Shown here one piece after another: positions 1 through 8,799 of a stretch of 64,000 nucleotides of DNA. The DNA comes from an uncultured Solirubrobacteraceae bacterium (GTDB lineage Bacteria; Actinomycetota; Thermoleophilia; Solirubrobacterales; Solirubrobacteraceae): positions 201,704-265,703 of the forward strand of contig CAWHOM010000003.1 in NCBI GenBank assembly GCA_963831015.1, read 5' to 3'. The position numbers and the translations under genes are program-made. Within the stretch, counting starts at the first letter, position 1; every line of letters starts with the position of its first letter. Under the pieces are notes generated by a model. That model saw only the letters and a list, made by a program, of their open reading frames with translations. It was not told the origin of the DNA and made no database searches.

Positions 1-1
1 T

Positions 2-898
2 ACGCCCGCCGGAACCGGTGTCGTCGTCCCCGGCGACGTCGTCGCCGTCTCGCTGGAGGGCGCCGGCACCGTGACCAGCACGGTCGTCGACGCGCCCGCG
101 CCGCTGGCGCCCTACGGCGCGATGCCCCGGGCGAGCGCCGAGGCACGCGCATTCGCCACCGGCGTCAACGCGCCGCGCCCGGTGACGCTCTCAGACGACG
201 CGCGCGCGGCCCTCGCCCAGGTCTCGACGGCCACCTTGACCGTGCAGCTGGACCGCCGCGGCATCCGCTCGACCTTCCTCGGCGGCCTGCGACCCACCCG
301 GCCGGACCTGCGCATGGTGGGCTACGCCCACACGCTGCGCTATGTGGCCTTCCGCGCCGATGTGCGCGAGAGCCTCAAGGGATCCGAGGACGCGCAGAAG
401 CGCGCCATCGAGTCCGTCAGCCCCGATGATGTGGTCATCATGGAGGCTCGCGGCGAGATCGGGGCGGGGACGATCGGCGACATCCTCGCCGCGCGCGTGC
501 TCGCCCGCGGGGGCGCCGGAATCGTCACCGACGGCGGCGTGCGCGACACCCCCGGCGTGTCCGAGCTTGAGATCCCCACGTACTACGGGGCCGCCCATGC
601 CGCCTCGCTGTGGAGCGCCCACATTCCGCTCGACGTCGATGTGCCGATCACCTGCGCGGGCGTCCTCGTGATGCCCGGCGACGTCCTCGTGGGCGATGCC
701 GAGGGCGTGATCGTCCTCCCGGCCGCGCTCGCCGAGGAGATCGCCCATGACGCGCTGGAGGTCGAGCAGCGCGAGGCGTTCGCGCTGGAGCGTGTCCAGG
801 CCGGCGAGAGCTTCCGCGGCCTGTTTCCCCTATCCGAGCAACGCCGGCCCGACTATGAGCGCTGGCGCCAACAGCGAGAGCAGGAGCAGAGCCCATGA
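2..898 (+). CDS. Fumarylacetoacetate hydrolase (HpaG-like)-RraA/HMG aldolase fusion protein, 5'-truncated by the window edge
   Basis: The frame is open from base 2 and reads TPAGTGVVVPGDVVAVSLEG (FAH C-terminal motif). An RraA-like domain follows (GTIGDIL, GIVTDGGVRD, VMPGDVLVGDAEGVIV). Confidence 0.8.
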   Translation, partial: TPAGTGVVVPGDVVAVSLEGAGTVTSTVVDAPAPLAPYGAMPRASAEARAFATGVNAPRPVTLSDDARAALAQVSTATLTVQLDRRGIRSTFLGGLRPTRPDLRMVGYAHTLRYVAFRADVRESLKGSEDAQKRAIESVSPDDVVIMEARGEIGAGTIGDILAARVLARGGAGIVTDGGVRDTPGVSELEIPTYYGAAHAASLWSAHIPLDVDVPITCAGVLVMPGDVLVGDAEGVIVLPAALAEEIAHDALEVEQREAFALERVQAGESFRGLFPLSEQRRPDYERWRQQREQEQSP

Positions 899-1830
899 GC
901 AGCCCGTTTGCCGGCGACCCCGACGCCGTGCGCGGCGCCATCACGCCGCTGATCACGCCATTTGCAGACGACGGCTCGCTGGACCTGGAGGCGCTCCCCC
1001 GGCTGATCGACTGGCAGCTGGAGCACGGCTCGCACGGGATCTCGGTGGGCGGCTCGACGGGCGAGCCCACCTCCCAGACCGTGGCCGAGCGCATCGACGT
1101 GATGCGCGCCGCCGCGGCCGCCCTGGACGGCCGCGCGCCCTTTCTCCCCGGCACCGGCACGGCGCTCATGGCCGAGACGCTCGAGCTGTGCGCCGAGGCC
1201 CAGCGCCTGGGCGCGAGCGCCGCTCTGGTGGTGACCCCGTACTACGGACGCGCCCAGCAGGAGGGGCTGTTTCACTGGTACGCGCGCGTGGCCGAGGAGT
1301 TCCCCGACCTGCCGATCATCGCCTACAACGTGCCGATCCGCGCAGCCGTCGACCTCGCCCCGCCGACCGTCGGCCGGCTGCGGCGCGCCTATCCGAACAT
1401 CGTCGGCATCAAGGAGACCACGCGCGACTTCGAGCACGTCTCCTACGTGCTCAACGAGGCGGGCTCAGACTTCATCGCGCTCTCGGGCATCGAGCTTCTC
1501 TGCTACTCGATGCTGTGCCTGGGTGGCCGCGGTCATCTCAGCTGCGTGGCCAACTTCGCGCCCGTTCCCGTCGCGCAGCTCTATGACGCGTTCGTCGCCG
1601 GCGACCACGAACGTGCCCGCGCCCTGCACTACCAGCTGCACCCGCTCGTCGACGCCGCCTTCGCCGAGACCAACCCCGTGCCCGCGAAATGGATCATGAA
1701 GGAGATCGGACTGCTCGGCTCAGACCACGCCCGCGAGCCGCTCGCCCCGCTCAGCCCCGCCGCCCGCGAGCGCGTGCGCGCGCTGCTGGCGGGCAGTCCG
1801 CATGTCGCCGGGGTGGGGGCAGGGGTGTGA
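895..1830 (+). CDS. hpaI: DapA-family class I aldolase, likely 2,4-dihydroxyhept-2-ene-1,7-dioate aldolase
   Basis: GAITPLITPF, GSTGE, YNVP and GIKET motifs. ATGA overlap with the FAH-RraA gene. Aromatic catabolism context. Confidence 0.75.
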   Translation: MSSPFAGDPDAVRGAITPLITPFADDGSLDLEALPRLIDWQLEHGSHGISVGGSTGEPTSQTVAERIDVMRAAAAALDGRAPFLPGTGTALMAETLELCAEAQRLGASAALVVTPYYGRAQQEGLFHWYARVAEEFPDLPIIAYNVPIRAAVDLAPPTVGRLRRAYPNIVGIKETTRDFEHVSYVLNEAGSDFIALSGIELLCYSMLCLGGRGHLSCVANFAPVPVAQLYDAFVAGDHERARALHYQLHPLVDAAFAETNPVPAKWIMKEIGLLGSDHAREPLAPLSPAARERVRALLAGSPHVAGVGAGV

Positions 1831-1837
1831 GCACCGG

Positions 1838-3145
1838 CTAGGTCCGGCGGCGGTCCAGCACCCGGACAGCCTTTCCGTCGCTGCGCGGAACGCGTCCTGG
1901 GTCGACGACGGCCACCGTGATGCGCAGGCCGGTCTCCTCCTTCAGCCGGCGCTCGGCAGTCACCCGCAGCGCCTCGTGGTCCGCGCCCGGTTGGGGCTCG
2001 CATTCGACGCGCAGCTCGTCCACCAGGCCGGCGCGCTCGACGATCAGCTGATAGTGGCCGCTCGTACCGGGCACGTCGAGCAGGATGCGCTCCACCTCGG
2101 AGGGGTGAAGGTTGACCCCGCGGACGATCAGCATGTCGTCGCGCCGGCCACGGAGCCCCGTGATGCGCACGGTGCTACGGCCGCACGGACACGGCTCGAC
2201 GACCAGGCGGCCGAGATCGCCGGTCCGGTAGCGGATCAGGGGCAGTGCCTCCTTGGTGAGCGTGGTGAAGGTCAGCTCCCCCTCCTCGCCCGGTGGGACC
2301 GGCACGCCACGCTCCGGGTCGATGACCTCGACGAGGAAGTGGTCCTCCTGCACGTGCAGGCCGTCGCGTACCGCCAGGCACTCGGCGGCCACGCCCGGGC
2401 CGCACATCTCCGACAGTCCGTAGGTGTTGACCGCGGTGATCGGCAGGGCTCGCTCGATCTCGACGCGCAGCCCCTCCGACCACGGCTCGCCGCCGAACAG
2501 CCCGAGCCGGAGTGGCAGCTCGGCCGCATCGCCGCCGGCGTCCGTGATCGCCTGCGCGATGACCAGCGCATAGGACGGAGTCGACACCAGCACCTCGGAC
2601 CCGAGGTCGCGCAGCAGCATCGCCTGGCGCTGGGTCCGCCCGCCGGACACCGGGACGACCGTGGCTCCGATCCGCTCCGCTCCCTGGTGAAAGCCGAAGC
2701 CGCCGGTCAGCAATCCGTACCCGTTGGCGATATGAATCGTCATCTCGGGGCGCACGCCCGCCCCCCACATCAGCCGGGCCATGAGCTCGCTCCAGGTGTC
2801 CAGGTCGCCCTGTGTGTAGGCGACGAGCGTCGGCTTGCCGCGCGTGCCGCTCGATGCGTGGACGCGCACGAGCGCGCGGCGCGGGACGGCCAGCAGGCCG
2901 AAGGGGTAGTGCTCGCGCAGGTCGGACTTTCGCGTGAACGGCAGGGCGGTGAGATCGCCGAGGCCGGCGAGGTCCTCGGGCGCGGTGATCCCCGCCTGAC
3001 GCAGGCGCTCGGCGCCGAGCGGCTGTCGGGCGAGCAGGCGACCGACGGTGGCGCGCAGGCGCTCGAGCTGCACCGTCGCCAGCTCATCGCGGGGGAGCGT
3101 CTCGGCGGCGTCGCGGATGGCGGTCGGATCAGCCGTGGCCCACAT
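1838..3145 (-). CDS. paaK: Phenylacetate--CoA ligase family protein
   Basis: LPFTRKSDLREHYPFG, HASSGTRGKP, YGLSE and RYRTGD motifs. Start taken at MWATADP (ATG 3145). Confidence 0.88.
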   Translation of the reverse strand: MWATADPTAIRDAAETLPRDELATVQLERLRATVGRLLARQPLGAERLRQAGITAPEDLAGLGDLTALPFTRKSDLREHYPFGLLAVPRRALVRVHASSGTRGKPTLVAYTQGDLDTWSELMARLMWGAGVRPEMTIHIANGYGLLTGGFGFHQGAERIGATVVPVSGGRTQRQAMLLRDLGSEVLVSTPSYALVIAQAITDAGGDAAELPLRLGLFGGEPWSEGLRVEIERALPITAVNTYGLSEMCGPGVAAECLAVRDGLHVQEDHFLVEVIDPERGVPVPPGEEGELTFTTLTKEALPLIRYRTGDLGRLVVEPCPCGRSTVRITGLRGRRDDMLIVRGVNLHPSEVERILLDVPGTSGHYQLIVERAGLVDELRVECEPQPGADHEALRVTAERRLKEETGLRITVAVVDPGRVPRSDGKAVRVLDRRRT

Positions 3146-3158
3146 CGCGCGTGGCTGC

Positions 3159-4550
3159 TCACGCCTTCCGGTCAGCCGCGTTCCAGTGTCGCTCAAGGTT
3201 GCGCACGAGCGCTTCAGACAGATGGCATTCGACCTGCTCGCGGGCATACACCGCGCAGTACTGCCGGAAGATGTCCAGCGGCTCCTCGCCGACGCGCAGC
3301 GCTTTGCGGTTGGCGGCGGCGTTGACCAAGCCGGAGTCGGTGAGCGCCGCGACGCGCGCCGTGATCGCCGCGTCCATCTCCTCGGGCTCGACGACCTCGT
3401 CGATGAGCAGGTCGGCGTCAGCATCGCCGGCGGTCCACTCCCGGCCGGAGAGAATCGCCTGGCGTGCGGCCCGGTCGCCGACCGAGCGGGGCAGCCGCAG
3501 GTTGGACACGCCGGGCAGGATCCCCTCCTTGCGAGCCGGCAGATAGAGCTTGGCGCCCCGGCCGGCGATCACATGATCGACGACGTGCAGCAGCTGGCAG
3601 GCGCCGCCGATGGCATAGATCTCCACCGCGGCGATCCACAGCTTCTCCACGGTTCGGACGGGGTCGTGATCGGTGACCAGGCCCCGGTACACCTTGTTGA
3701 GGAAACCGAGATCGCGCATCAGATAGAACACGAAGTCGATCTGGCCGCGGTACAGGCGCGTGAGGTTGATCCCGGCACCGAAGACGCGCCGGCCGGCGTA
3801 GCGCGGGTGGTCGACAACCCCACCCCGCACCACCCCCACCTCGATCTCGGGATCGAGCAGGATCAGGTCGGCGGCCGCCTCGGTCAGCGCCAGGGTCCGA
3901 TCGTCCTCGGCGTTGAGATGGCGCGGGTTGAGGAGCTCGAGCACCCCCGCCCGCCCCTGCCGGGTGACGCGCGCCGGCCCGAAGTCCACGGCCCCGGTCG
4001 ACTGCAGTTGCGGCAGATACTCAAGCGCGACCTCGGTCGGCGCCTGCATCGACTGGATGAGGTGAAAGCCCGGCCCGGGCGACAGCATGATCTGCTCGAT
4101 GAGCAGCCCCTGGGCTCGCTCGAGGCCGCGCTTCTCGGCCAGCGGCCGGGCCCGCTCGGCCTCCATCTGCCGCGGCGTGGGCACCAGCCCGGGCACGAGC
4201 TCGGCAGCCTCGTAGACGACCTGCTCGAGCCGCAGATGCCGCGACCGCCCCTGGGTCATCCGGTCGTAGAGCGCCTCGGTGTGCACAGCGAGAAACGCGG
4301 CCCGGGCATCGGTCAGCGCCATGTCGATGGCTGCCCCGGCCGCCCGCTCGTCGTCGCCGCGGCCTTCCGGCGGGGGCAGGCGCTCGGCGAGCGCGACGCC
4401 ACGCTCGACGAACGTCGTCAGCGCGGCCGCGTCGCCGGGAAAACCGCCGGGAGCGGGCCGCCCGGGCGCAACCCAGCCGTCGAGCTCGTCGCTCGGCAGG
4501 CCGACCCGCTGCACCACGTCGTTCAACGACAGTTGGATCGTGTCGGTCAT
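3159..4550 (-). CDS. dpgC: DpgC-like (3,5-dihydroxyphenylacetyl-CoA 1,2-dioxygenase-like) crotonase-fold protein
   Basis: Extended N-terminal helical region plus LNAEDD, HPRYAGRRVFGAGINL, EKLWIAAVE-IGGACQL and LPARKEGILPG, matching the DpgC pattern from memory. SD GGAGG precedes ATG 4550. Confidence 0.78.
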   Translation of the reverse strand: MTDTIQLSLNDVVQRVGLPSDELDGWVAPGRPAPGGFPGDAAALTTFVERGVALAERLPPPEGRGDDERAAGAAIDMALTDARAAFLAVHTEALYDRMTQGRSRHLRLEQVVYEAAELVPGLVPTPRQMEAERARPLAEKRGLERAQGLLIEQIMLSPGPGFHLIQSMQAPTEVALEYLPQLQSTGAVDFGPARVTRQGRAGVLELLNPRHLNAEDDRTLALTEAAADLILLDPEIEVGVVRGGVVDHPRYAGRRVFGAGINLTRLYRGQIDFVFYLMRDLGFLNKVYRGLVTDHDPVRTVEKLWIAAVEIYAIGGACQLLHVVDHVIAGRGAKLYLPARKEGILPGVSNLRLPRSVGDRAARQAILSGREWTAGDADADLLIDEVVEPEEMDAAITARVAALTDSGLVNAAANRKALRVGEEPLDIFRQYCAVYAREQVECHLSEALVRNLERHWNAADRKA

Positions 4551-4692
4551 CTCGCCTCCCTCTCCCCCACATCGTCGCATCCTGCGCGCGCGTTCGCATC
4601 TCGACCGTCCGTTCGCACACCGTTGCGGCCCCACCAATATCGGCTCGAGGGCGGACGGAAACCGAGCCCGCTTGGCTATCCTCTCGGGGCAG

Positions 4693-4763
4693 TGCGGGGT
4701 CGTCTAATGGCAAGACGCCAGCCTCTGGAGCTGGTTATCAAGGTTCGAGTCCTTGCCCCGCAG
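4693..4763 (+). tRNA. tRNA-Gln (anticodon CTG)
   Basis: Acceptor stem TGCGGGG/CCCCGCA, D-loop TAATGGCAA, anticodon arm CCAGC-CTCTGGA-GCTGG, T-loop GGTTCGAGTCC. CCA is not encoded. Confidence 0.96.
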
Positions 4764-4792
4764 TCCGAGGCGATGCCGGGCGCGGTCGGCCG

Positions 4793-6031
4793 CTAGATCT
4801 CGTCGAGATCGGTCGACAGGTCGCCCAGCGCGTCCGCGCGGTCGCCGAGGTCGGTTCCGGAGGCGATCAGGCGCCGGGCGGTCTGCAGGTCGTCGGAGCG
4901 ACCGACGGTCAGGGCGCCCGCCAGATGGCCCTGGTGCAGGTAGAAGACCGTGAATGCCCCGTCGTCCGGGGAGCCGCGGACGACTTCGCGGTCCCAGTCG
5001 TAGGCCGGGCCGACGTACTCGATCGCCGCCCAGTCCGACAAGTCGGAGAAGAAGTACGGGACCGCATCGTGGGCCGCAGCCTTGCCGAGCATGTTGAGGG
5101 CCACCGTCTTGCCATGGCCGAAGGCGACGTCCCAATGCTCGACACGGATGCGCCGGCCACCGTGGATCACGCTCTCGTACTCGGCGACGTCGCCGGCGGC
5201 GAACACGCCGGGGGTGCCCGTCTGCAGATGGGAGTCGACGGCGATCCCGCCACGCTCGCCCAGCTCCAGGCCGGCGCTGCGGGCGAGCATCACGTCCGGG
5301 TTGACGCCGACGCCGATCACCACGGCGTCGGCCTCGAGCTCGCGGCCGCCTTTGGTCACGACCTTGGTGATGCGCCCGTCGGCGCCCTCGAAGCGCTCCA
5401 GCTCATCCTCGGCGTGGATCTCGATCCCATGCGCGGTCAGCAGATCGTGGAAATAACGAGCTGCCTCGGGGCCGAAGCTGCGGCTGAGAGCCACCGGCTC
5501 CATCATCACCATCGAGCACTGGCTGCCCAGCTCGGTGAGGCTGGCCGCGACCTCCGAGGCGATGTAGGAGCCGCCGATCATCACCACGCGCTTGCCGGCC
5601 GCGTCCTCGCGGATCGCGTCGCTGTTGCCGAACGTGCGCAGGTAGTGGATTCCCTCCAGCTCGGCGCCGTCGACGTTCAGCCGCCGTACGTTGGCGCCGG
5701 TGGCCAGCAGCGCCTGGCCGAAGCCGATCTCCTGTTTGTTCGACAGCTTGACGGTGCGCGCCGCCGTGTCGAGCTTCATCGCCGAGGTGCGCGTCAGCAC
5801 CTCGATGTTCTGCTCCTCGTAGAAGCCGGCGTCCTTCATCAGAGCGTCACCGCGGGACTCCTTGCCCCGCAGGTAGCCCTTGGACAGCGGCGGGCGATCG
5901 TAGGGCAGATCGGGCTCGCGACCGATCAGCAGGATCGAGCCGTCCGCCCCGGCTCGGCGCAGCTGGGCGGCGCAGTTGCCGCTGGCCAGACCGCCGCCGA
6001 TCAGCAGGTATTCGACGTCGCGATCGGCCAC
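4793..6031 (-). CDS. NAD(P)/FAD-dependent ferredoxin reductase-family oxidoreductase
   Basis: GGGLAS, PYDRPPLSK, LLATGA, FAAGDVA, RVEHW and VPYFFSD motifs. Confidence 0.9.
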   Translation of the reverse strand: MADRDVEYLLIGGGLASGNCAAQLRRAGADGSILLIGREPDLPYDRPPLSKGYLRGKESRGDALMKDAGFYEEQNIEVLTRTSAMKLDTAARTVKLSNKQEIGFGQALLATGANVRRLNVDGAELEGIHYLRTFGNSDAIREDAAGKRVVMIGGSYIASEVAASLTELGSQCSMVMMEPVALSRSFGPEAARYFHDLLTAHGIEIHAEDELERFEGADGRITKVVTKGGRELEADAVVIGVGVNPDVMLARSAGLELGERGGIAVDSHLQTGTPGVFAAGDVAEYESVIHGGRRIRVEHWDVAFGHGKTVALNMLGKAAAHDAVPYFFSDLSDWAAIEYVGPAYDWDREVVRGSPDDGAFTVFYLHQGHLAGALTVGRSDDLQTARRLIASGTDLGDRADALGDLSTDLDEI

Positions 6032-6043
6032 CGGCGCGCGACC

Positions 6044-6721
6044 TCAGCTGCTGGCCGATACCGAGCCGTTGGCGAACCGCGGCGTGATGTCGCCCTCGAG
6101 CCCGGGGTCGAGAATCAGCAGCACCTGGTCGCCGGCCTCGATCATCGAGTCGGCCTTGGGAACGAAACCGGTGCCGTCGCGCAGCACCGAGATGATCAGC
6201 GAGCCGTCGGGCAGCACGACGTCGCGCACCCGCTGGCCGGCCGCCGGCGAGCCCTCGCCCACCTCGAGCTCGATGATCTCCAGGTGCTCCTCCTCCAGAG
6301 CGAGCAGCTGGACGAGGCCGTACTCGGGGACCTCGTGCTCGATCAGGCGCAGGATGAGGTCGGTCGCCGAGACCGCCGGCTGGACGCCCAGCAGCTTGAA
6401 GTGATCCAGGTTGCGCGGGTTGTTGACGCGGGCGACGATCCGCTCACAGCCGTACTTCTCCTTGGCCACCTGACAGATCAGGATGTTGTCCTCGTCGTCG
6501 CCGGTGACGGCGATCACCAGGTCGGCACGCTGGATCCCGGCCCGCTCGAGTACCCACAGCTCGGTGGCGTCGCCGTACTGGGCGGCGTGCTCCAGCTCCT
6601 CCTCGATGATCCGGTACCGCCGGTGGTCGGATTCGATCAGCGTGACCTCACGGTCCTTGTTGATCAGCTCGCGGGCAAGGTTCCATCCCACCTTGCCGGC
6701 CCCGGCGATGATCACGTACAT
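6044..6721 (-). CDS. trkA: TrkA-family potassium uptake regulatory subunit (TrkA_N + TrkA_C)
   Basis: IIAGAGKVG Rossmann motif, GDAT, VTGDDEDN, C-terminal RCK_C domain. Confidence 0.9.
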   Translation of the reverse strand: MYVIIAGAGKVGWNLARELINKDREVTLIESDHRRYRIIEEELEHAAQYGDATELWVLERAGIQRADLVIAVTGDDEDNILICQVAKEKYGCERIVARVNNPRNLDHFKLLGVQPAVSATDLILRLIEHEVPEYGLVQLLALEEEHLEIIELEVGEGSPAAGQRVRDVVLPDGSLIISVLRDGTGFVPKADSMIEAGDQVLLILDPGLEGDITPRFANGSVSASS

Positions 6722-6734
6722 CAGAGCGTCCCCC

Positions 6735-7157
6735 TCATGGCGAGAGCGCCACCTGCTCGGCCTCGTCGATCGCGTGCTGGGTAGGGCAGATCGTCAGCAG
6801 GCCCTGCTCGGAGTACCAGGCGGCGCGCGCGGGGTCGGCGACCCGGACGACCACGCGGGGCACGTTGAAACGACGCTGGGCCAGCTGGGCGATGACCAGG
6901 TTGGTGTTGTCACCGCTGGTGGCGGCCATGAACACGTCGGCGCCCTCGATCCCGGCCTCCATCAGGCCGTCGACCTCGAGCGCCGCGCCCACGGTGAACC
7001 GCCCGCCGGCGTCCTCCCAGCTGGTCGACTGATCCTTGTCGAGACGTTCGTGGGAGAGCGGGTCGGAATCAAGCACCGAAACCTCGTGCCCCGATTCCAG
7101 CGCCCGCTTGGCAACCGCGGATCCGACGCGTCCAGCGCCGACGATCAGGATGAACAT
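6735..7157 (-). CDS. Short TrkA_N-only (RCK) protein
   Basis: MFILIVGAGRVG, ATSGDNTN and ICPT motifs; 140 aa. TAGAGT lies 7 nt upstream of ATG 7157. Confidence 0.85.
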   Translation of the reverse strand: MFILIVGAGRVGSAVAKRALESGHEVSVLDSDPLSHERLDKDQSTSWEDAGGRFTVGAALEVDGLMEAGIEGADVFMAATSGDNTNLVIAQLAQRRFNVPRVVVRVADPARAAWYSEQGLLTICPTQHAIDEAEQVALSP

Positions 7158-7192
7158 ATTCGGGACTCTAGCCATTGTCGGCCAGGCACCGC

Positions 7193-8086
7193 TCAGGGTT
7201 CCGTTCGCAATGTGGACGTTTGTGCGCCGGCGCCGGGGCGGTCCTGGGGAGCGGCCGGCGGCGGCGTGAGGGAGGCGGCGACGATCACGAGGAGGAAGGC
7301 CAGCAGTCGCACCACCAGGCCGAGATGGCTGGAGGGCAGCGGCTCGCCGAACACGATCGGGCCGGCGGCGATCGTCGTCAGGTTGGCGGCCGCGCTGGTG
7401 AGGGCGATCATCGGCACCGCATCGCCGAGCTGCAGGCTGCGCGCCGAGATGAGCAGCCCCACCAGTGAAGCCACGAGGATGACGAAGGCAAGCGGATGGA
7501 TGAGCACCCCGATGCCGAGATGACTCAGATGGGAGCTGAGCGCCTTTATCGAGGTGTCCGACGCGGCCCACAGCAGGCCCGCGGAGACCGCCAGGTAGGC
7601 GGGGCGCCTGGGTCGCACGCACAGGATCAGCCCGGCCGCCCCGACCGCGCTGACGAAGATCGCCAGCGTGCCGGGCGGATACCTCGAGTGCGCGCTCCCG
7701 GCGTCCCCGCTGAGCGTGGCCGCCAGGAAGGCCAGGCCGGCGGCGGTCAAGCCCACGCAGATCAGCTCACGCCGGGTCACCTTGATCCCGAACAGCCGGT
7801 CGGCGACCACCGTCAACAGGACCAGCCCCCCGGCGATCACCGATTGCACCAGCGAGATCGGCGCCAGCGACAGCGCGCCGACGTGAACTCCCCAGGAAGC
7901 GAACGCGATCCCGATCCCCAGCGCGTAGACGGGCGAGCGAAACAGCTCCACCGTGCTGCGCAGCGGATGGCGCAGCTCCACCTCCGGAGCCTCCCGCGCG
8001 CCCCGGAACTTGTAGAGGAAGCCGGCCACCGACCCGAACGCGGTCAGGAGCGCCAGCACGAGTCCGAGCTCGACGGAGAGCGACAT
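7193..8086 (-). CDS. DMT-superfamily multi-pass membrane protein
   Basis: About 9 hydrophobic segments. ALSLAPISLVQS and IVFGEPLP are typical of actinobacterial DMT-like proteins. Confidence 0.75.
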   Translation of the reverse strand: MSLSVELGLVLALLTAFGSVAGFLYKFRGAREAPEVELRHPLRSTVELFRSPVYALGIGIAFASWGVHVGALSLAPISLVQSVIAGGLVLLTVVADRLFGIKVTRRELICVGLTAAGLAFLAATLSGDAGSAHSRYPPGTLAIFVSAVGAAGLILCVRPRRPAYLAVSAGLLWAASDTSIKALSSHLSHLGIGVLIHPLAFVILVASLVGLLISARSLQLGDAVPMIALTSAAANLTTIAAGPIVFGEPLPSSHLGLVVRLLAFLLVIVAASLTPPPAAPQDRPGAGAQTSTLRTEP

Positions 8087-8128
8087 CGCAGCGAGAGCCT
8101 ACGCGGCCCGGCAGGCGGACGCCGCCGG

Positions 8129-8701
8129 TCACGGGGCCGGACCGCGGGCGAGCTTCGGGTTCGAGCGTCCGAGGTACGGCCGGGCGGCCGCCGAGGCCAC
8201 CGCCTTCCAGCGCGACTTGGGCACGCGCGGCCAGCTGACGATCGTCGAGGTGATGAGGCGCACCGCATCGGTGGTCAGGATGTGGTTCTCCTCGGGAAAC
8301 CAGTAGGCGTCCAGGCCCAGGTGCGTCACGTGCTGGGGCGCCGGCGTTGTCCGCGTGGCGGTGAACATCTGCGCCTCCTCCTCCGCCGCCCGCTCCAGCA
8401 CGGCATACGGCTGCGGCTCGCTGTTGACCGACACCCACATCCGCAACCGCCGGACGGGGACCAAGACCAAGCACTCCGGCGCATTGGAGTTATCCGTCGT
8501 CACCCGCGTGTGAATCGCCCCCGAGCTGACATGGAGGAGGTGCTGGAGAGCCGCAAGCGCCTGCGGCCGGCACACCGGCGGCTTCGCGGCGACCACGTGC
8601 CGCGTCGTGGTCGAGGAACGAGAAACCTCCCGGCCTCCCCCGCACCCCAGAACAGCGAGCGCCAACAGCACCGCTGCGAACCAAGAGACGTGGAGTCGCA
8701 T
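8129..8701 (-). CDS. Putative lipoprotein
   Basis: MRLHVSWFAAVLLALAVLGC signal with lipobox. It forms the 3' end of a long shadow ORF in the track. Confidence 0.7.
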   Translation of the reverse strand: MRLHVSWFAAVLLALAVLGCGGGREVSRSSTTTRHVVAAKPPVCRPQALAALQHLLHVSSGAIHTRVTTDNSNAPECLVLVPVRRLRMWVSVNSEPQPYAVLERAAEEEAQMFTATRTTPAPQHVTHLGLDAYWFPEENHILTTDAVRLITSTIVSWPRVPKSRWKAVASAAARPYLGRSNPKLARGPAP

Positions 8702-8799
8702 GCCCCGGCGACGACACTCGCGGAACCCTCGGCGCGCATCCGAAGCGCAGCAGACGGTCAGCGGTGTCGCTCGACGAGGCGTGCGATCTCCAAAGAGCG

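Noticed and set aside
4693-4763. tRNA-Gln as an integration site for the aromatic catabolism genes
   Set aside because: No integrase and no duplicated tRNA 3' end were seen in the window, and the catabolic genes lie on the tRNA 5' side.
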